This document shows, piece after piece, positions 20,695-30,709 of a stretch of DNA of 64,000 bases. Numbering within the stretch: the stretch's first letter is position 1; each line of letters begins with the position of its first letter. The DNA is from Gemmatimonadota bacterium (GTDB lineage: Bacteria; Gemmatimonadota; Gemmatimonadetes; Gemmatimonadales; GWC2-71-9). The position numbers were made by a program, and so were the translations under genes. The notes under the pieces were generated by a model that worked only from the letters and a program-made list of their open reading frames with translations, did no database searches and was not told the origin of the DNA. The stretch spans positions 128,001-192,000 of the forward strand of contig JBDHAB010000007.1 in the NCBI GenBank assembly GCA_039588295.1, given 5' to 3'.

Positions 20695-22172
20695 TGAAGG
20701 GCAATCGTTGGTGGGGGGTGAGTTGCGGTGTGTTACCGGTCGTGCTTGGTGTTCTTTCCGCTGCTCCGCTGAGCGCGCAGTCGGCGTTGCAGGAAGACGT
20801 CTTTTCGCTGCGCCGCGCGATCCAGGTCGGGCTGGCGAACAGCGGCACCCTTGAGGATGCCGAATTCGGGCTCCGGGTGGCTGACCAGCAGGTGCGGGAG
20901 GCGTGGGGGAGCATCCTGCCCGACATCTCGGTGAGTGCGTCCTATTCCAGGAACTTGTTGGTGCAGCAGATCTTCCTCCCGGCTGAGTTCTTCGGAGGAC
21001 CGCCGGGGGAGACGCGGCCCGTGCGAGTCGGGTCGGACAACTCGTGGACCGCTGGACTGAACGTCAGCCAGTCGCTGTTCGAGTATGGAGTGTTCGTCGG
21101 GGTAGGCGCGGCAGGCCGATTCCGAGGGCTTCAGGAGGAGGTGCTCCGCGGGACGACACAGCAGGTGGTGACGGTAGTGCGACAGGCGTACTTTGACGCG
21201 CTGCTGGCAGACGAGGAGCTGCGGCTTACCGAGAAGAGCATCGAGCGGCTCGGGCAGACGCTGGAAGAGACCCGGGCGCTGAACCGGGCGGGGCTGGTGA
21301 GCAACTACGACGTCCTGCGGATCGAGGTCGAGTACTCGAACGTTCAAGCCAATCTTCAACGAGCCGAGAATTCCGTACGGGCGCGAAGGCGAGCACTACT
21401 GGTCGAGCTGGGCTTCGATCCGGAGCGGCTGATCGCGCTGGAGGGACAGCTTAGCGGGATCGATCTGGACGAGGCCGACGTTAACACTCGCGAGAATGCG
21501 GAACTGCTGCTGCTTGCTGGAGCACCGGAGCCGACCCGGTCGGAGATCGACGCCCTGTTGCAGACAGCCATGCGCCGGCGCACCGATCTCCGTCAGCTTC
21601 GGTCCACCGTGCTGCTCGAGGAAGCGCGGGTCGGCGTGGAAAAAGCGGACTTCTTCCCGCGGCTGTCCGTATTCACCAATTACAACATCTTCGCGCAGGA
21701 GGACGGCAGTCCCAGCTTCTTCGGTGAGACGTCGGACCAACGAACGAGGACGGCTGCCGCTGGCGTGCAGATCGAGCTCCCTATTTTCCGCGGGTTCCAG
21801 CGATTCGCCCGGGTGCGGCAGGCGCAGGCGACGGTGCGGCGGAACGAGACCCGGTTGGAGCGTGCGGAGCTCGAGGCGGTCAACCAGGTACGTTCCCTCG
21901 CCGAGGCTACCGAGGAAGCGCGCTCACGCGCGCGCAGTCAGCGGCGCGCGGTCGAGCAGGCACAACGTGGGTTCGAGATCGCCTCGACGGAGTACCGGGA
22001 GGGATTGGGATCGCAGCTCCAGGTGACCGATGCGGAAGTGGCCTTGCGGCAGTCGGAGTTCAACTATGCTCGAGCGGTGTACGATTACCTCTCAGCCCGG
22101 GCGCAGCTTGAGTTTGCGATTGGAACGGTGCCGGAGGAGCCGGGTGCATTCCCGGTTGCAGTCGGCAGATAG
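20691..22172 (+). CDS. TolC family outer-membrane efflux protein
   Basis: Signal peptide and two OEP repeats (LPDISVSASY; FFPRLSV...ELPIFRG; YREGLGSQLQV). Confidence 0.92.
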   Translation: MMKGNRWWGVSCGVLPVVLGVLSAAPLSAQSALQEDVFSLRRAIQVGLANSGTLEDAEFGLRVADQQVREAWGSILPDISVSASYSRNLLVQQIFLPAEFFGGPPGETRPVRVGSDNSWTAGLNVSQSLFEYGVFVGVGAAGRFRGLQEEVLRGTTQQVVTVVRQAYFDALLADEELRLTEKSIERLGQTLEETRALNRAGLVSNYDVLRIEVEYSNVQANLQRAENSVRARRRALLVELGFDPERLIALEGQLSGIDLDEADVNTRENAELLLLAGAPEPTRSEIDALLQTAMRRRTDLRQLRSTVLLEEARVGVEKADFFPRLSVFTNYNIFAQEDGSPSFFGETSDQRTRTAAAGVQIELPIFRGFQRFARVRQAQATVRRNETRLERAELEAVNQVRSLAEATEEARSRARSQRRAVEQAQRGFEIASTEYREGLGSQLQVTDAEVALRQSEFNYARAVYDYLSARAQLEFAIGTVPEEPGAFPVAVGR

Positions 22173-22185
22173 GGATGGGGAGATC

Positions 22186-23319
22186 ATGACGAGAAGGCGC
22201 AATCACCGGATCACGACGATTTGGGTTCGAGCCGTCCTGGCTATCACAGTCGCCGTAGGGGGTAGCTGGACGCTGAGCGGCTGCGCGCAATCCGACGGTG
22301 GCGAAGCGCGCGCCGAGCAGCCGGGACACGACCCGGTAAGCGACGGCGCTCGCGTGGTCAACGTCGAGGTCGTGTCGGTGACCCCGACGTCGTTCGTGGA
22401 TTTCATACGAATCGTCGGGGAAGTTGAGGCGTTGAACGACATCACGATTTCGGCGGAGGAGGCGGGTCCGATTGTCCGCTTCGCCGCGACCAAGGGTGCG
22501 TGGCTGGCCCAAGGGGCGTTGATCGCCAAGATCGACGACGCCGTGTTACGGGCGCAGGTAGCCGAGGCACGCGCACTCGCGGAGCTGGCGGAGGAACAGT
22601 TCGAGCGTCAGCGGCGCCTTTGGGAAGAGGAGCAGATCGGAAGCGAGATCGTCTACCTCCAGCTGAAGTCGAGCGCCGAAGCGGCGAGGGCGAGGCTCAC
22701 GACCCTGGAAGAGCGGCTTGCCCGGACGGAGGTCCGTGCTCCGGTCGCCGGCATCTTCGATGAGAAGTTCGTTGAGATCGGTGAGATGGTGGCCGCGGGT
22801 ACGCCAGTGGCTCGGGTGGTCTCCACCCGTCGGGTGAAGGTTGTTGGCGGGATTCCCGAACGGTTTGCCCTGGATGTGCAGCACGGGGATAGCGCCGTCC
22901 TTACGTTCGACATACTGCCGGGCCGTCAGCTCACCGGAACCATCGGGTTCGTGGGGACCATGGTCAATGCCGATAACCGCACCATTCCCATTGAGATCGT
23001 GCTCGCCAATCCACAGCGACAGATCAAGCCCCGGATGTTGGCCAACGTGCAGGTGGAGCGGGCGCGTCTCGATAGCGTGTTCGTCGTACCGCAAGACGTG
23101 GTGCAGCGCACGGAAGACGGATATCAAGTCTTCGTGGCGGGCGATCGCGACGGACTTCCGATCGCGATCGCCCGCGGGGTCACACTGGGGCCCTCGTATG
23201 CCAATCAGGTCGTCATTGAGTCAGGTCTTGCGAGGGGGGATCGACTCATTACCAGTGGCCAGGGACTTGTCGATGACGGGACGTTCATCCGTATCGTGCA
23301 GACAGGGGAGGAAGGATGA
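22186..23319 (+). CDS. RND efflux periplasmic adaptor (MFP) lipoprotein
   Basis: Lipobox LSGC, coiled hairpin, VRAPVAG and ESGLARGDRLITSG. Confidence 0.92.
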   Translation: MTRRRNHRITTIWVRAVLAITVAVGGSWTLSGCAQSDGGEARAEQPGHDPVSDGARVVNVEVVSVTPTSFVDFIRIVGEVEALNDITISAEEAGPIVRFAATKGAWLAQGALIAKIDDAVLRAQVAEARALAELAEEQFERQRRLWEEEQIGSEIVYLQLKSSAEAARARLTTLEERLARTEVRAPVAGIFDEKFVEIGEMVAAGTPVARVVSTRRVKVVGGIPERFALDVQHGDSAVLTFDILPGRQLTGTIGFVGTMVNADNRTIPIEIVLANPQRQIKPRMLANVQVERARLDSVFVVPQDVVQRTEDGYQVFVAGDRDGLPIAIARGVTLGPSYANQVVIESGLARGDRLITSGQGLVDDGTFIRIVQTGEEG

Positions 23320-26300
23320 GCGACCGCGACCGACCGGATCAGCACGGCGGTGAAGGCGGCAAGCGTCCCAGTGTGACGGGGTCGCACCGCAACCCTGGTG
23401 GTGGTTCCGGAGCCGTGAAGAGCAGCGGACCGGTGAGCTCGGGTGGCTCGGGAGCCGACCCGCGTCACAAGCGACGGTTCAAGGAGTTCCGCCTCACATC
23501 GTTCGCGATCGATCACCCCACGAGTGTGATCGTCCTGATGGTGATTCTGATTGTGCTGGGGCTCCGATCGTACATAGCTGTGCCCAAAGAGTCGATGCCG
23601 GAGATCGTGATCCCAAACATCATCGTCAACACGATCTACCCAGGCGTCGCACCGGGCGATATCGAGACGCTCATCACGCGACCCATCGAAGACGAACTCA
23701 ACACGATCGCGGACGTGAAAGAGATCATGTCCACCTCCATCGAGGGTCTCTCGAGCATCAACGTCGAGTTCGAGGCCGGGATGGACATGAACGAAGCGCT
23801 GCAGCGGGTGCGTGAGAAGGTGGACATCGCGAAGACGGAGCTTCCTCCTGCGGCCGAAGAACCGGGCGTGTTCGAGATCAACCTCTCGGAGTTCCCCATC
23901 ATGCAGGTGAACATCGCGGGACCGTACAGTCTCGTGCGGCTCCGTGATGTTGCCGAGGATCTGCAGGATCGCCTCGAGCAGATTTCCAGCGTATTGGAGG
24001 TGCGTCTCGCGGGCGGGCTCGAGCGGGAAGTGCAGGTCGACGTCGACCTGGCAAAGCTCAAGTTCTACGACGTCGCCTTCGATGACGTGATCGAGGCGGT
24101 GCAGAACGAGAACGTGACGGTGCCGGGTGGAACGATAGACGTTGGTGACCTGAAGTACCTGGTGCGAATTCCCGGTGAGTTCGCGCAGACAGCCTTGATC
24201 GCCGACATCGTCGTGACGACCCGCGGCGGGCGGCCGATCTACATACGCGACGTCGCCACCGTGGACTTTGGCTTCAAGGATCGCGACACCTATGCACGGT
24301 TGGATGGCAACTCGGTGATCTCGCTCGCCGTCGTCAAGCGCACTGGCGAGAACATCATCGAGACGGCGCAGGCCGTGGAGGGCGTCATTCGAGACGTCGA
24401 GCCGAACCTACCGCCGGGGACGGTCATCAAGATCACGTCCGATCAATCGGAAGAGATCGAGGAAATGGTGAGCAGTCTGGAGAACAATATCATCTCCGGA
24501 CTCATCCTGGTTGTGGCGGTGCTCGTGTTCGTATTGGGAGTGCGCACCGCTCCGTTCGTCGGGCTCGCCATCCCGTTGTCGATGCTCGTGTCGTTCAGCA
24601 TCATGCAAATCATCGGCTTCTCGATGAACATGGTGGTGCTGTTCAGCCTCATTCTCGCCTTGGGGATGCTGGTCGATAACGCGATCGTCGTCGTTGAGAA
24701 CATCTATCGGTTCCGAGAACGGCGGTTCGATCGTGTGCGTGCCGCCAAGTATGCCACGGCCGAGGTCGCAGTTCCGATCATCGCCTCAACGGCCACTACA
24801 CTGGCGGCGTTCTTGCCCTTGGTGTTTTGGCCGGGGATCGTCGGCGAGTTCATGAAGTTCTTGCCGCTCACGTTGATCATCACCTTGAGCTCCTCGCTGT
24901 TTGTCGCGCTGGTGATCTTGCCCACCCTGGCGTCGAAGATGCTCGATACGGAAGACGCACGGGTGGGAATGCCACCCCGGCTTCGTCAGCTGCTGCTGGT
25001 TGTTACGGTGCTGCTGGTGCTCATCATGGTGGCGATCAACTGGCTCACGGCGGTCTTGCTGATTGCCACGGGGGTCTTTGCTTACACGTTTCACCACTTC
25101 CTCGGACACCCCGCCGGGCACTTGCTCATGACCAAGGGTATTCCGGCGGTGATTGCGCGCTACCAAGTGGTGCTGCGGTGGGCGTTGGGACACCGGGTGC
25201 GGATGGTGGTGGGCTCGGTGGCCGCGCTGGTGCTGTCGGTTCTCGTATTTCAGGTGTTCAACGCGGGCGTCGAATACTTCCCGGAGAACGTTCCGCCGAG
25301 CACGGTCTACGTGCAGACCGAAGCGCCACTGGCCACTCGGGTAGAGGAGACGGATCGGATTGCCCTGGGAATCGAGTCCCAACTGGTCGTGCTCGACGGA
25401 AGGCAGGATTTCGAGTCGGTCGTGTCTACGGTTGGGTCGAGGATGACGGCCGGGTTCGGGGGCGGAACGGGAACGCATCTCGCGACGGTCGCCGTCACCT
25501 TCGTGGATTACCAGGATCGACAGGGTGATGTCTTCGAAACGCTCGAGCAAGTCCAGACTTCGGTTGGAAAGGACATCGCGGGGGCCGATATCTCAGTCGA
25601 GCAGCCAAACATGGGTCCCCCAACCGGTCAGGCGGTCCAGATCGAGATCACTGGAGAGGATCCGGCCACGCTCAAGCAACTCGGGGACGAAGTCGTTCGC
25701 CGGCTCGAGCGCTCACAGATTTTCGCCAAGCTGGATGGGCTCGAGAGCGATATGGAGGAGGGCCGGCCGGAGCTCGTGATCGACGTCGACCGAGAGAAAG
25801 CCGCGCTCTACAGTTTGAGCACGTGGAAGATCGGATCGACGATCCGAAGCGCAATTAACGGGACGGAAGCCTCGACGTATCGAGACGGCAAGGACGAGTA
25901 CGACATCACCGTCCGCCTCGCCAAGCCGTACCGCCAGGATCTCAACTCACTCGCCGATCTGACCGTGTCGGGGGACTTCGGCCAGATTCCGCTTTCGTCC
26001 GTGGCCACCTGGCGCATCGACAAGGGGTTCGGCGACGTGAACCGCAAGGATCTGGATCGGGTCGTCACCGTGAGCTCAGATGTACGGGCCGGCTACAACG
26101 CGAATGCCGTGCTTGGCGAGGTGCGGCAGGAGCTCGCGCCATTCGTCGCCGACCTGCCGAGTGGATACAGGTTGCGCTATTCCGGACAACAGGAGGAACA
26201 GGAGGAGGATCAGGCCTTCCTCGCGGGCGCGTTCGTGCTGGCGGTATTCCTGATGGGGTTCATCTTGATCTCGCAGTTCGACTCCGTTACGAAGCCGCTC

Positions 26301-26876
26301 ATCATTCTGAGCTCGGTGGTGCTCTCCACGATCGGGGTACTGATCGGCCTGATGGTGTTCCGCATGCCCTTCGGCATCATCATGACGGGAGTGGGGGTGA
26401 TCAGCCTCGCGGGCGTGGTCGTCAACAACGCGATCGTCTTGCTCGACTACATCGATATCCTCCGCACGAGGGACGGGTTGGAGCGACGCGAGGCGATCGT
26501 GCGGGCGGGCATGACACGGTTCCGGCCCGTCATCCTGACGGCCGTCACTACGGTGCTCGGGCTCGTGCCACTGGCGATCGGGCTGAATATCGATTTTCTG
26601 GGATTCTACGGGCGCCTCGATCCCAATTTCTTCTGGGGTGGTGAGCAAGCGGCGTGGTGGGGCCCCATGGCGATCGCCGTCATTGCCGGTCTGACCTTCG
26701 CGACGTTCCTCACGCTGGTCTTGGTGCCGGTGATGTACTCGCTGCTCGACGATTTCGACGTCTTTGTCAAGCGGAACTTCTCGCGGCCGCAGGAGGAAGA
26801 AGCGACCCTCGCATCGGGGATCTTCAGAACGCTCCCAGGCGACTCGCAGCCGTCAGCGAAGCCACTCTCCGTATAA
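23316..26876 (+). CDS. RND efflux transporter permease (AcrB/AcrD/AcrF family)
   Basis: GMLVDNAIVVVENI, GVVVNNAIVLLD and RFRPVILTA; two periplasmic domains. Confidence 0.95.
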   Translation: MSDRDRPDQHGGEGGKRPSVTGSHRNPGGGSGAVKSSGPVSSGGSGADPRHKRRFKEFRLTSFAIDHPTSVIVLMVILIVLGLRSYIAVPKESMPEIVIPNIIVNTIYPGVAPGDIETLITRPIEDELNTIADVKEIMSTSIEGLSSINVEFEAGMDMNEALQRVREKVDIAKTELPPAAEEPGVFEINLSEFPIMQVNIAGPYSLVRLRDVAEDLQDRLEQISSVLEVRLAGGLEREVQVDVDLAKLKFYDVAFDDVIEAVQNENVTVPGGTIDVGDLKYLVRIPGEFAQTALIADIVVTTRGGRPIYIRDVATVDFGFKDRDTYARLDGNSVISLAVVKRTGENIIETAQAVEGVIRDVEPNLPPGTVIKITSDQSEEIEEMVSSLENNIISGLILVVAVLVFVLGVRTAPFVGLAIPLSMLVSFSIMQIIGFSMNMVVLFSLILALGMLVDNAIVVVENIYRFRERRFDRVRAAKYATAEVAVPIIASTATTLAAFLPLVFWPGIVGEFMKFLPLTLIITLSSSLFVALVILPTLASKMLDTEDARVGMPPRLRQLLLVVTVLLVLIMVAINWLTAVLLIATGVFAYTFHHFLGHPAGHLLMTKGIPAVIARYQVVLRWALGHRVRMVVGSVAALVLSVLVFQVFNAGVEYFPENVPPSTVYVQTEAPLATRVEETDRIALGIESQLVVLDGRQDFESVVSTVGSRMTAGFGGGTGTHLATVAVTFVDYQDRQGDVFETLEQVQTSVGKDIAGADISVEQPNMGPPTGQAVQIEITGEDPATLKQLGDEVVRRLERSQIFAKLDGLESDMEEGRPELVIDVDREKAALYSLSTWKIGSTIRSAINGTEASTYRDGKDEYDITVRLAKPYRQDLNSLADLTVSGDFGQIPLSSVATWRIDKGFGDVNRKDLDRVVTVSSDVRAGYNANAVLGEVRQELAPFVADLPSGYRLRYSGQQEEQEEDQAFLAGAFVLAVFLMGFILISQFDSVTKPLIILSSVVLSTIGVLIGLMVFRMPFGIIMTGVGVISLAGVVVNNAIVLLDYIDILRTRDGLERREAIVRAGMTRFRPVILTAVTTVLGLVPLAIGLNIDFLGFYGRLDPNFFWGGEQAAWWGPMAIAVIAGLTFATFLTLVLVPVMYSLLDDFDVFVKRNFSRPQEEEATLASGIFRTLPGDSQPSAKPLSV

Positions 26877-27677
26877 CTCGGGGCGGCGGTCATTCCAGAA
26901 GAGCGTGCGCGCCGGCGAGGTGGCGCACGCCGCGAGATCGAGGTCGGCGATCATGAGGTCATCCTCCAGTCGCCGACCTCGTGCGATGATGCGGCCGGTC
27001 GGATCGGTGACGAACGACTCGCCGGCGAACGTCAGCTGGTCCTCCTGGCCCACGCGATTGCACAGCGCCGTGAAATAGCCGTTCTGGAAGGCTGCCGTTC
27101 GTACCTCCGCCTCGTACATCCCTTCGGGCCATTCGTCCACCGCGCCCGCCTGCGGGATCACCACCAGTTCCGCTCCCCCGACGCCGAGCGCCCGCATGTA
27201 CTCGGGATAGTGCCGGTCGTAGCAAATAGCGACGCCGATGCGCCCGACTCGCGTCTGGTACACGGGTGCGCCTCGGTTGCCCTCCGCGTAGTACGCCCGC
27301 TCGTGGAACCACGCGTAGTCGGTGATGTGCACCATTCGGGTGATGCCGAGGAGCGTCCCATCGGCGTCGAACACCGGTGAGCTGTCGTAGAATCGCCCGT
27401 TTGCCTTCTCGTACATGTTGAAGATGGTGACGAGGCCCAACGCGCCAGCCTTGTGTGCGATACGCTTCGTCGTGGGACCGGGAATCGGCTCGGCCAGGCT
27501 GGTCGCTCCGTCGAAGGCCTTGTGCTGGGGGAAGAAGCGAGTCAGTGCCAGCTCCGGAACGCACAACAGCTCTGCGCCAAGATCGCGTGCCTGCTCCATG
27601 GATGCGAGCAACCCCTCGAGGTTTGCGCGAACGTCCGGTCCGGCCGCCCGCTGTGCCAAGGCAATTCGCAATGTCAT
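26853..27677 (-). CDS. Carbon-nitrogen hydrolase (nitrilase superfamily)
   Basis: IALAQ, VPEL (Glu), AEPIPGPT, ICYDRHYPE (Cys) and NRVGQE...FAGESFV. Confidence 0.9.
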   Translation of the reverse strand: MTLRIALAQRAAGPDVRANLEGLLASMEQARDLGAELLCVPELALTRFFPQHKAFDGATSLAEPIPGPTTKRIAHKAGALGLVTIFNMYEKANGRFYDSSPVFDADGTLLGITRMVHITDYAWFHERAYYAEGNRGAPVYQTRVGRIGVAICYDRHYPEYMRALGVGGAELVVIPQAGAVDEWPEGMYEAEVRTAAFQNGYFTALCNRVGQEDQLTFAGESFVTDPTGRIIARGRRLEDDLMIADLDLAACATSPARTLFWNDRRPELYGEWLR

Positions 27678-27714
27678 TGGACGTCTCCGCTCTCGGGTCG
27701 AAGATGCTCCGTTC

Positions 27715-28785
27715 CTACAGTTCGCGCACGGTCTCGAGAAATCGGCGCGCAACCTCGACCGGTTCAAACGCCGTCACGCGCGGCGGTCCGTTGCTTCCCA
27801 TCCTCCGCATCGTATCCGGGTCGACGAGAAGCGAGCGCAGTGCCTGGGTGAGCGCCGCCTCGTCCCCCGGCGGTACGAGGAGGCCGTTCACTCCGTCGTC
27901 AATCAGCTCCTCGGCCGCTGTCCCGCGACACGCGACAACCGGTTTGGCCGTCGCCATCGCTTCGAGGAAGACCAGTCCGAAGCCCTCCTGCAGGCTCGGG
28001 AGGCAGAACAGGTCGGTTGCAGCATAGGTCTCCACCAATCGCTCGTAGGGCAGAGGACCAGTGAACTGTACGCTGTTCCCAAGCCCCAGCGATTGCGCGA
28101 GTTGCTCCAGCCGGCGGCGTTCGGGTCCGTCGCCCACGAGCACGACCTTCAACTGGGGAAGCGCGCGACGCACCGCGACCGTTGCACGCAGCAGGGACGC
28201 GAGGTTCTTGCGCGGGTACATGTGCGCGACCGACAGGACCGTCGGTCCGGCGCGGTTCCCATCGTGCCCGACGGTGCGGAGGGTCTCGTTCCATCGCGTG
28301 GCCTCGAATGCCGGTGGAACGACGCGGATGTGATCGAATGACAGGCCGTAGGTCGCAGCAATCCGGCGCCGGCTGTAGCCACTGACCGTCAGGACGAGGT
28401 CCGCTCGGTGGGCGCTGCGACGCTCCGCCCACGCCTGCAGCCGCATCGATGCGGCCACGGCACCACGCTCGAACCTCGCCTCATCAGCGAGCTGGCCATG
28501 GATGTAGGCAACGAACGGTCTCGTGAGCCGTCCTGCCAAGGTGTACCCATCCATGTCCCAGCCGACGGTCATGTCGCTGTCCTGCACGACACCGGGATGC
28601 AGGCCGCGGTTGAAGCGGAATCGGTGCACCGTGTAGCCGAGCCAACGAGGGGAGTGCTGCGGATGAATCAGCCGTACGTCGTGTCCGAGTGCTCGCAGAC
28701 CCCGGCTCAATGCCGCTGAGGCCACGTACGTGCCGCTCCCCCCGTGTACGGTCTGCGGCGTCGCCGAAATCATGGTTATCCGCAC
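27715..28785 (-). CDS. Glycosyltransferase family 4
   Basis: GGSG N-terminal loop, RKNL, VGDGPER and EGFGLVFLEAMA (Ex7E). Confidence 0.93.
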   Translation of the reverse strand: MRITMISATPQTVHGGSGTYVASAALSRGLRALGHDVRLIHPQHSPRWLGYTVHRFRFNRGLHPGVVQDSDMTVGWDMDGYTLAGRLTRPFVAYIHGQLADEARFERGAVAASMRLQAWAERRSAHRADLVLTVSGYSRRRIAATYGLSFDHIRVVPPAFEATRWNETLRTVGHDGNRAGPTVLSVAHMYPRKNLASLLRATVAVRRALPQLKVVLVGDGPERRRLEQLAQSLGLGNSVQFTGPLPYERLVETYAATDLFCLPSLQEGFGLVFLEAMATAKPVVACRGTAAEELIDDGVNGLLVPPGDEAALTQALRSLLVDPDTMRRMGSNGPPRVTAFEPVEVARRFLETVREL

Positions 28786-28793
28786 GATCGGAG

Positions 28794-30566
28794 CTACGCG
28801 GGGTCAGACCCCGTGCGAAACAGTCCGCGGAACGGGTTCCACGCCGGCCGAGTCGCCTGTCGCAGTGCGTGGGCATAGGCTTCGGCCGAGTCGAATCGAT
28901 TCTCGGGGTGGCGGGCGGCCCCCTTCTGCAGAACGCCCAGCACCGCCTCCGGGACGCGACGGTGGAGTCGATCGAGTTCTGGCAGCCGGCCGATCGTGCG
29001 TTGCGCCAAGATGGCTTCCACACGGGCACTCCCGAACGGCAGCTGCCCCGTGAGCATGTAGAAGGCGACGAGTGAGAGTGAGTACAGGTCGGCACGATGA
29101 TCGACCGGCTCACCGAGGAGCTGCTCGGGGGCCGCGAAGTCCGGCGTGCCGGAATGCGAAATGACCCCCGTGCGCTCCGATGGCTGGAGCGCCAGCGCGA
29201 GTCCGAAATCGGCGACGCGGACGGTTCCGGTGGCTCCGTCGATCAGGATGTTCTCCGGCTTGAGATCGCGGTGCACGACGCCACGCTGGTGCGCGTAGCG
29301 TAGCGCCGCGAGCGCGTCATGGAGGATGCGCACCACGTGATCCGCCGACTGAGGTCCCTCGGCCCGTACCACTCGGCCAAGGTCGTGCCCCCGGACGTAC
29401 TCCATCGTATACCAAAGGAGCCCGGCTCGACCACCGATGTCGTACGTGTTTGCGATGTTCTGATGGAGGAGCTGCGCCGCGACGCGTGCCTCGCGTCGGA
29501 ATCGCTCGACCACTGCCGGATCGGCGGTGAGATAGGGATGCAGTACCTTGAGGGCGACCTCCCGCTCCAGCGCGAGATCCCGCACGCGGTACACGCGGCC
29601 AAACGCGCCCGATCCGAGTTCCTCGAGCAGCTCGTAGTCGTCACCCATCGCGCGGCGGAGACGCTTCTCCCATGCGCCGGCATCCTCTGGCACGCCCCCG
29701 TGTTCTGCCACCAGCGGTCGTTCCAGCTCGTGGTCGCCGAGTTCGGAGCGGAGGTCGTCCCACAGCTCGGCCGCGGTGAGGTAGCGGGCGGACGGGTCGG
29801 CCTGGAGGCCCCGAGTAATGATCCGGTCGAGGCTTGCCGGACAGGCCTCCCGGTGCGCACGCGGGGGCGAGATACGCTGCGGCTCGGCGTGGGGAGCGAT
29901 GCCGGTCGTGGCGAAATAGAGGAGCGCGGCGGCCGAGTAGATGTCGCTTCCCGGCTCCCCGACCGCGCCGCCTCTCGCTTCGGGAGCGATGAAGGGGGCC
30001 ACGTCCGACTCGTCGGGACGCGCGGCGACATCCGTCAGGATGTTCGCGTACCGCAAATCCGTCACGACGATCCGCTCGGTGCTGTCGATCATCACGGTCG
30101 CCGGAACGAGGCGACGAATCACAATGTGCTGCGAGTGCACGTATTCCAGCAGCCCGGCCAGACTGCGGGCGAGTTGGAGCACTGTCGGAATGGGCCGCGG
30201 ACCGCGGGCGACGGCGTCGGCGAGACTCTCGCCGTCAACCCATCGCACGACCCGGAACGCCCAATCGCCGCGATAGCCGGCAGCGTGCACGGTTCGCAGG
30301 ACGCGATGATCCAGAACGGCGAGCAGCTCCGTCTCGCGCTCGAACCATGAGCGGAGGGACGTCTCCGGCTGGAGATGAACCCGCAGGGCAACGCGGCGCT
30401 TGAGCACCCGGTCTCGGACGACGAACAGGGCGCGTTCCGGCGACGCCGCAACGAGTTCGAGGATCTCGAACTCCGTGCCGAACCGTTCCTCGGCACTCCC
30501 AAATAACGCCAGTTGGTCGACCTCGGTGGAGATCAAAGTGCGGGGCGGACCCGGTGGCTCGTTCAT
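28794..30566 (-). CDS. Cytoplasmic tandem Ser/Thr protein kinase: N-terminal pseudokinase plus C-terminal Hanks kinase
   Basis: The C-domain has GSGAFG, VALK, HRDLKPEN, DFG and GTPDFAAPEQ. The N-domain keeps the fold (FIAPE, SDIYS) but lacks the catalytic motifs. No TM. Confidence 0.9.
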   Translation of the reverse strand: MNEPPGPPRTLISTEVDQLALFGSAEERFGTEFEILELVAASPERALFVVRDRVLKRRVALRVHLQPETSLRSWFERETELLAVLDHRVLRTVHAAGYRGDWAFRVVRWVDGESLADAVARGPRPIPTVLQLARSLAGLLEYVHSQHIVIRRLVPATVMIDSTERIVVTDLRYANILTDVAARPDESDVAPFIAPEARGGAVGEPGSDIYSAAALLYFATTGIAPHAEPQRISPPRAHREACPASLDRIITRGLQADPSARYLTAAELWDDLRSELGDHELERPLVAEHGGVPEDAGAWEKRLRRAMGDDYELLEELGSGAFGRVYRVRDLALEREVALKVLHPYLTADPAVVERFRREARVAAQLLHQNIANTYDIGGRAGLLWYTMEYVRGHDLGRVVRAEGPQSADHVVRILHDALAALRYAHQRGVVHRDLKPENILIDGATGTVRVADFGLALALQPSERTGVISHSGTPDFAAPEQLLGEPVDHRADLYSLSLVAFYMLTGQLPFGSARVEAILAQRTIGRLPELDRLHRRVPEAVLGVLQKGAARHPENRFDSAEAYAHALRQATRPAWNPFRGLFRTGSDPA

Positions 30567-30709
30567 GACTCGGAGAAAGATAATGGGCCGCGAAGTGATA
30601 ACCTCGACTCCACGATGGAGGGGCAATGCATCCGCGCCGTCCTCACCGGGGATCCATCAGGCGGGAGTCCGGTGGTGTGGCGGGTCCGAACGCCATAAGT
30701 TAGCGCAGC

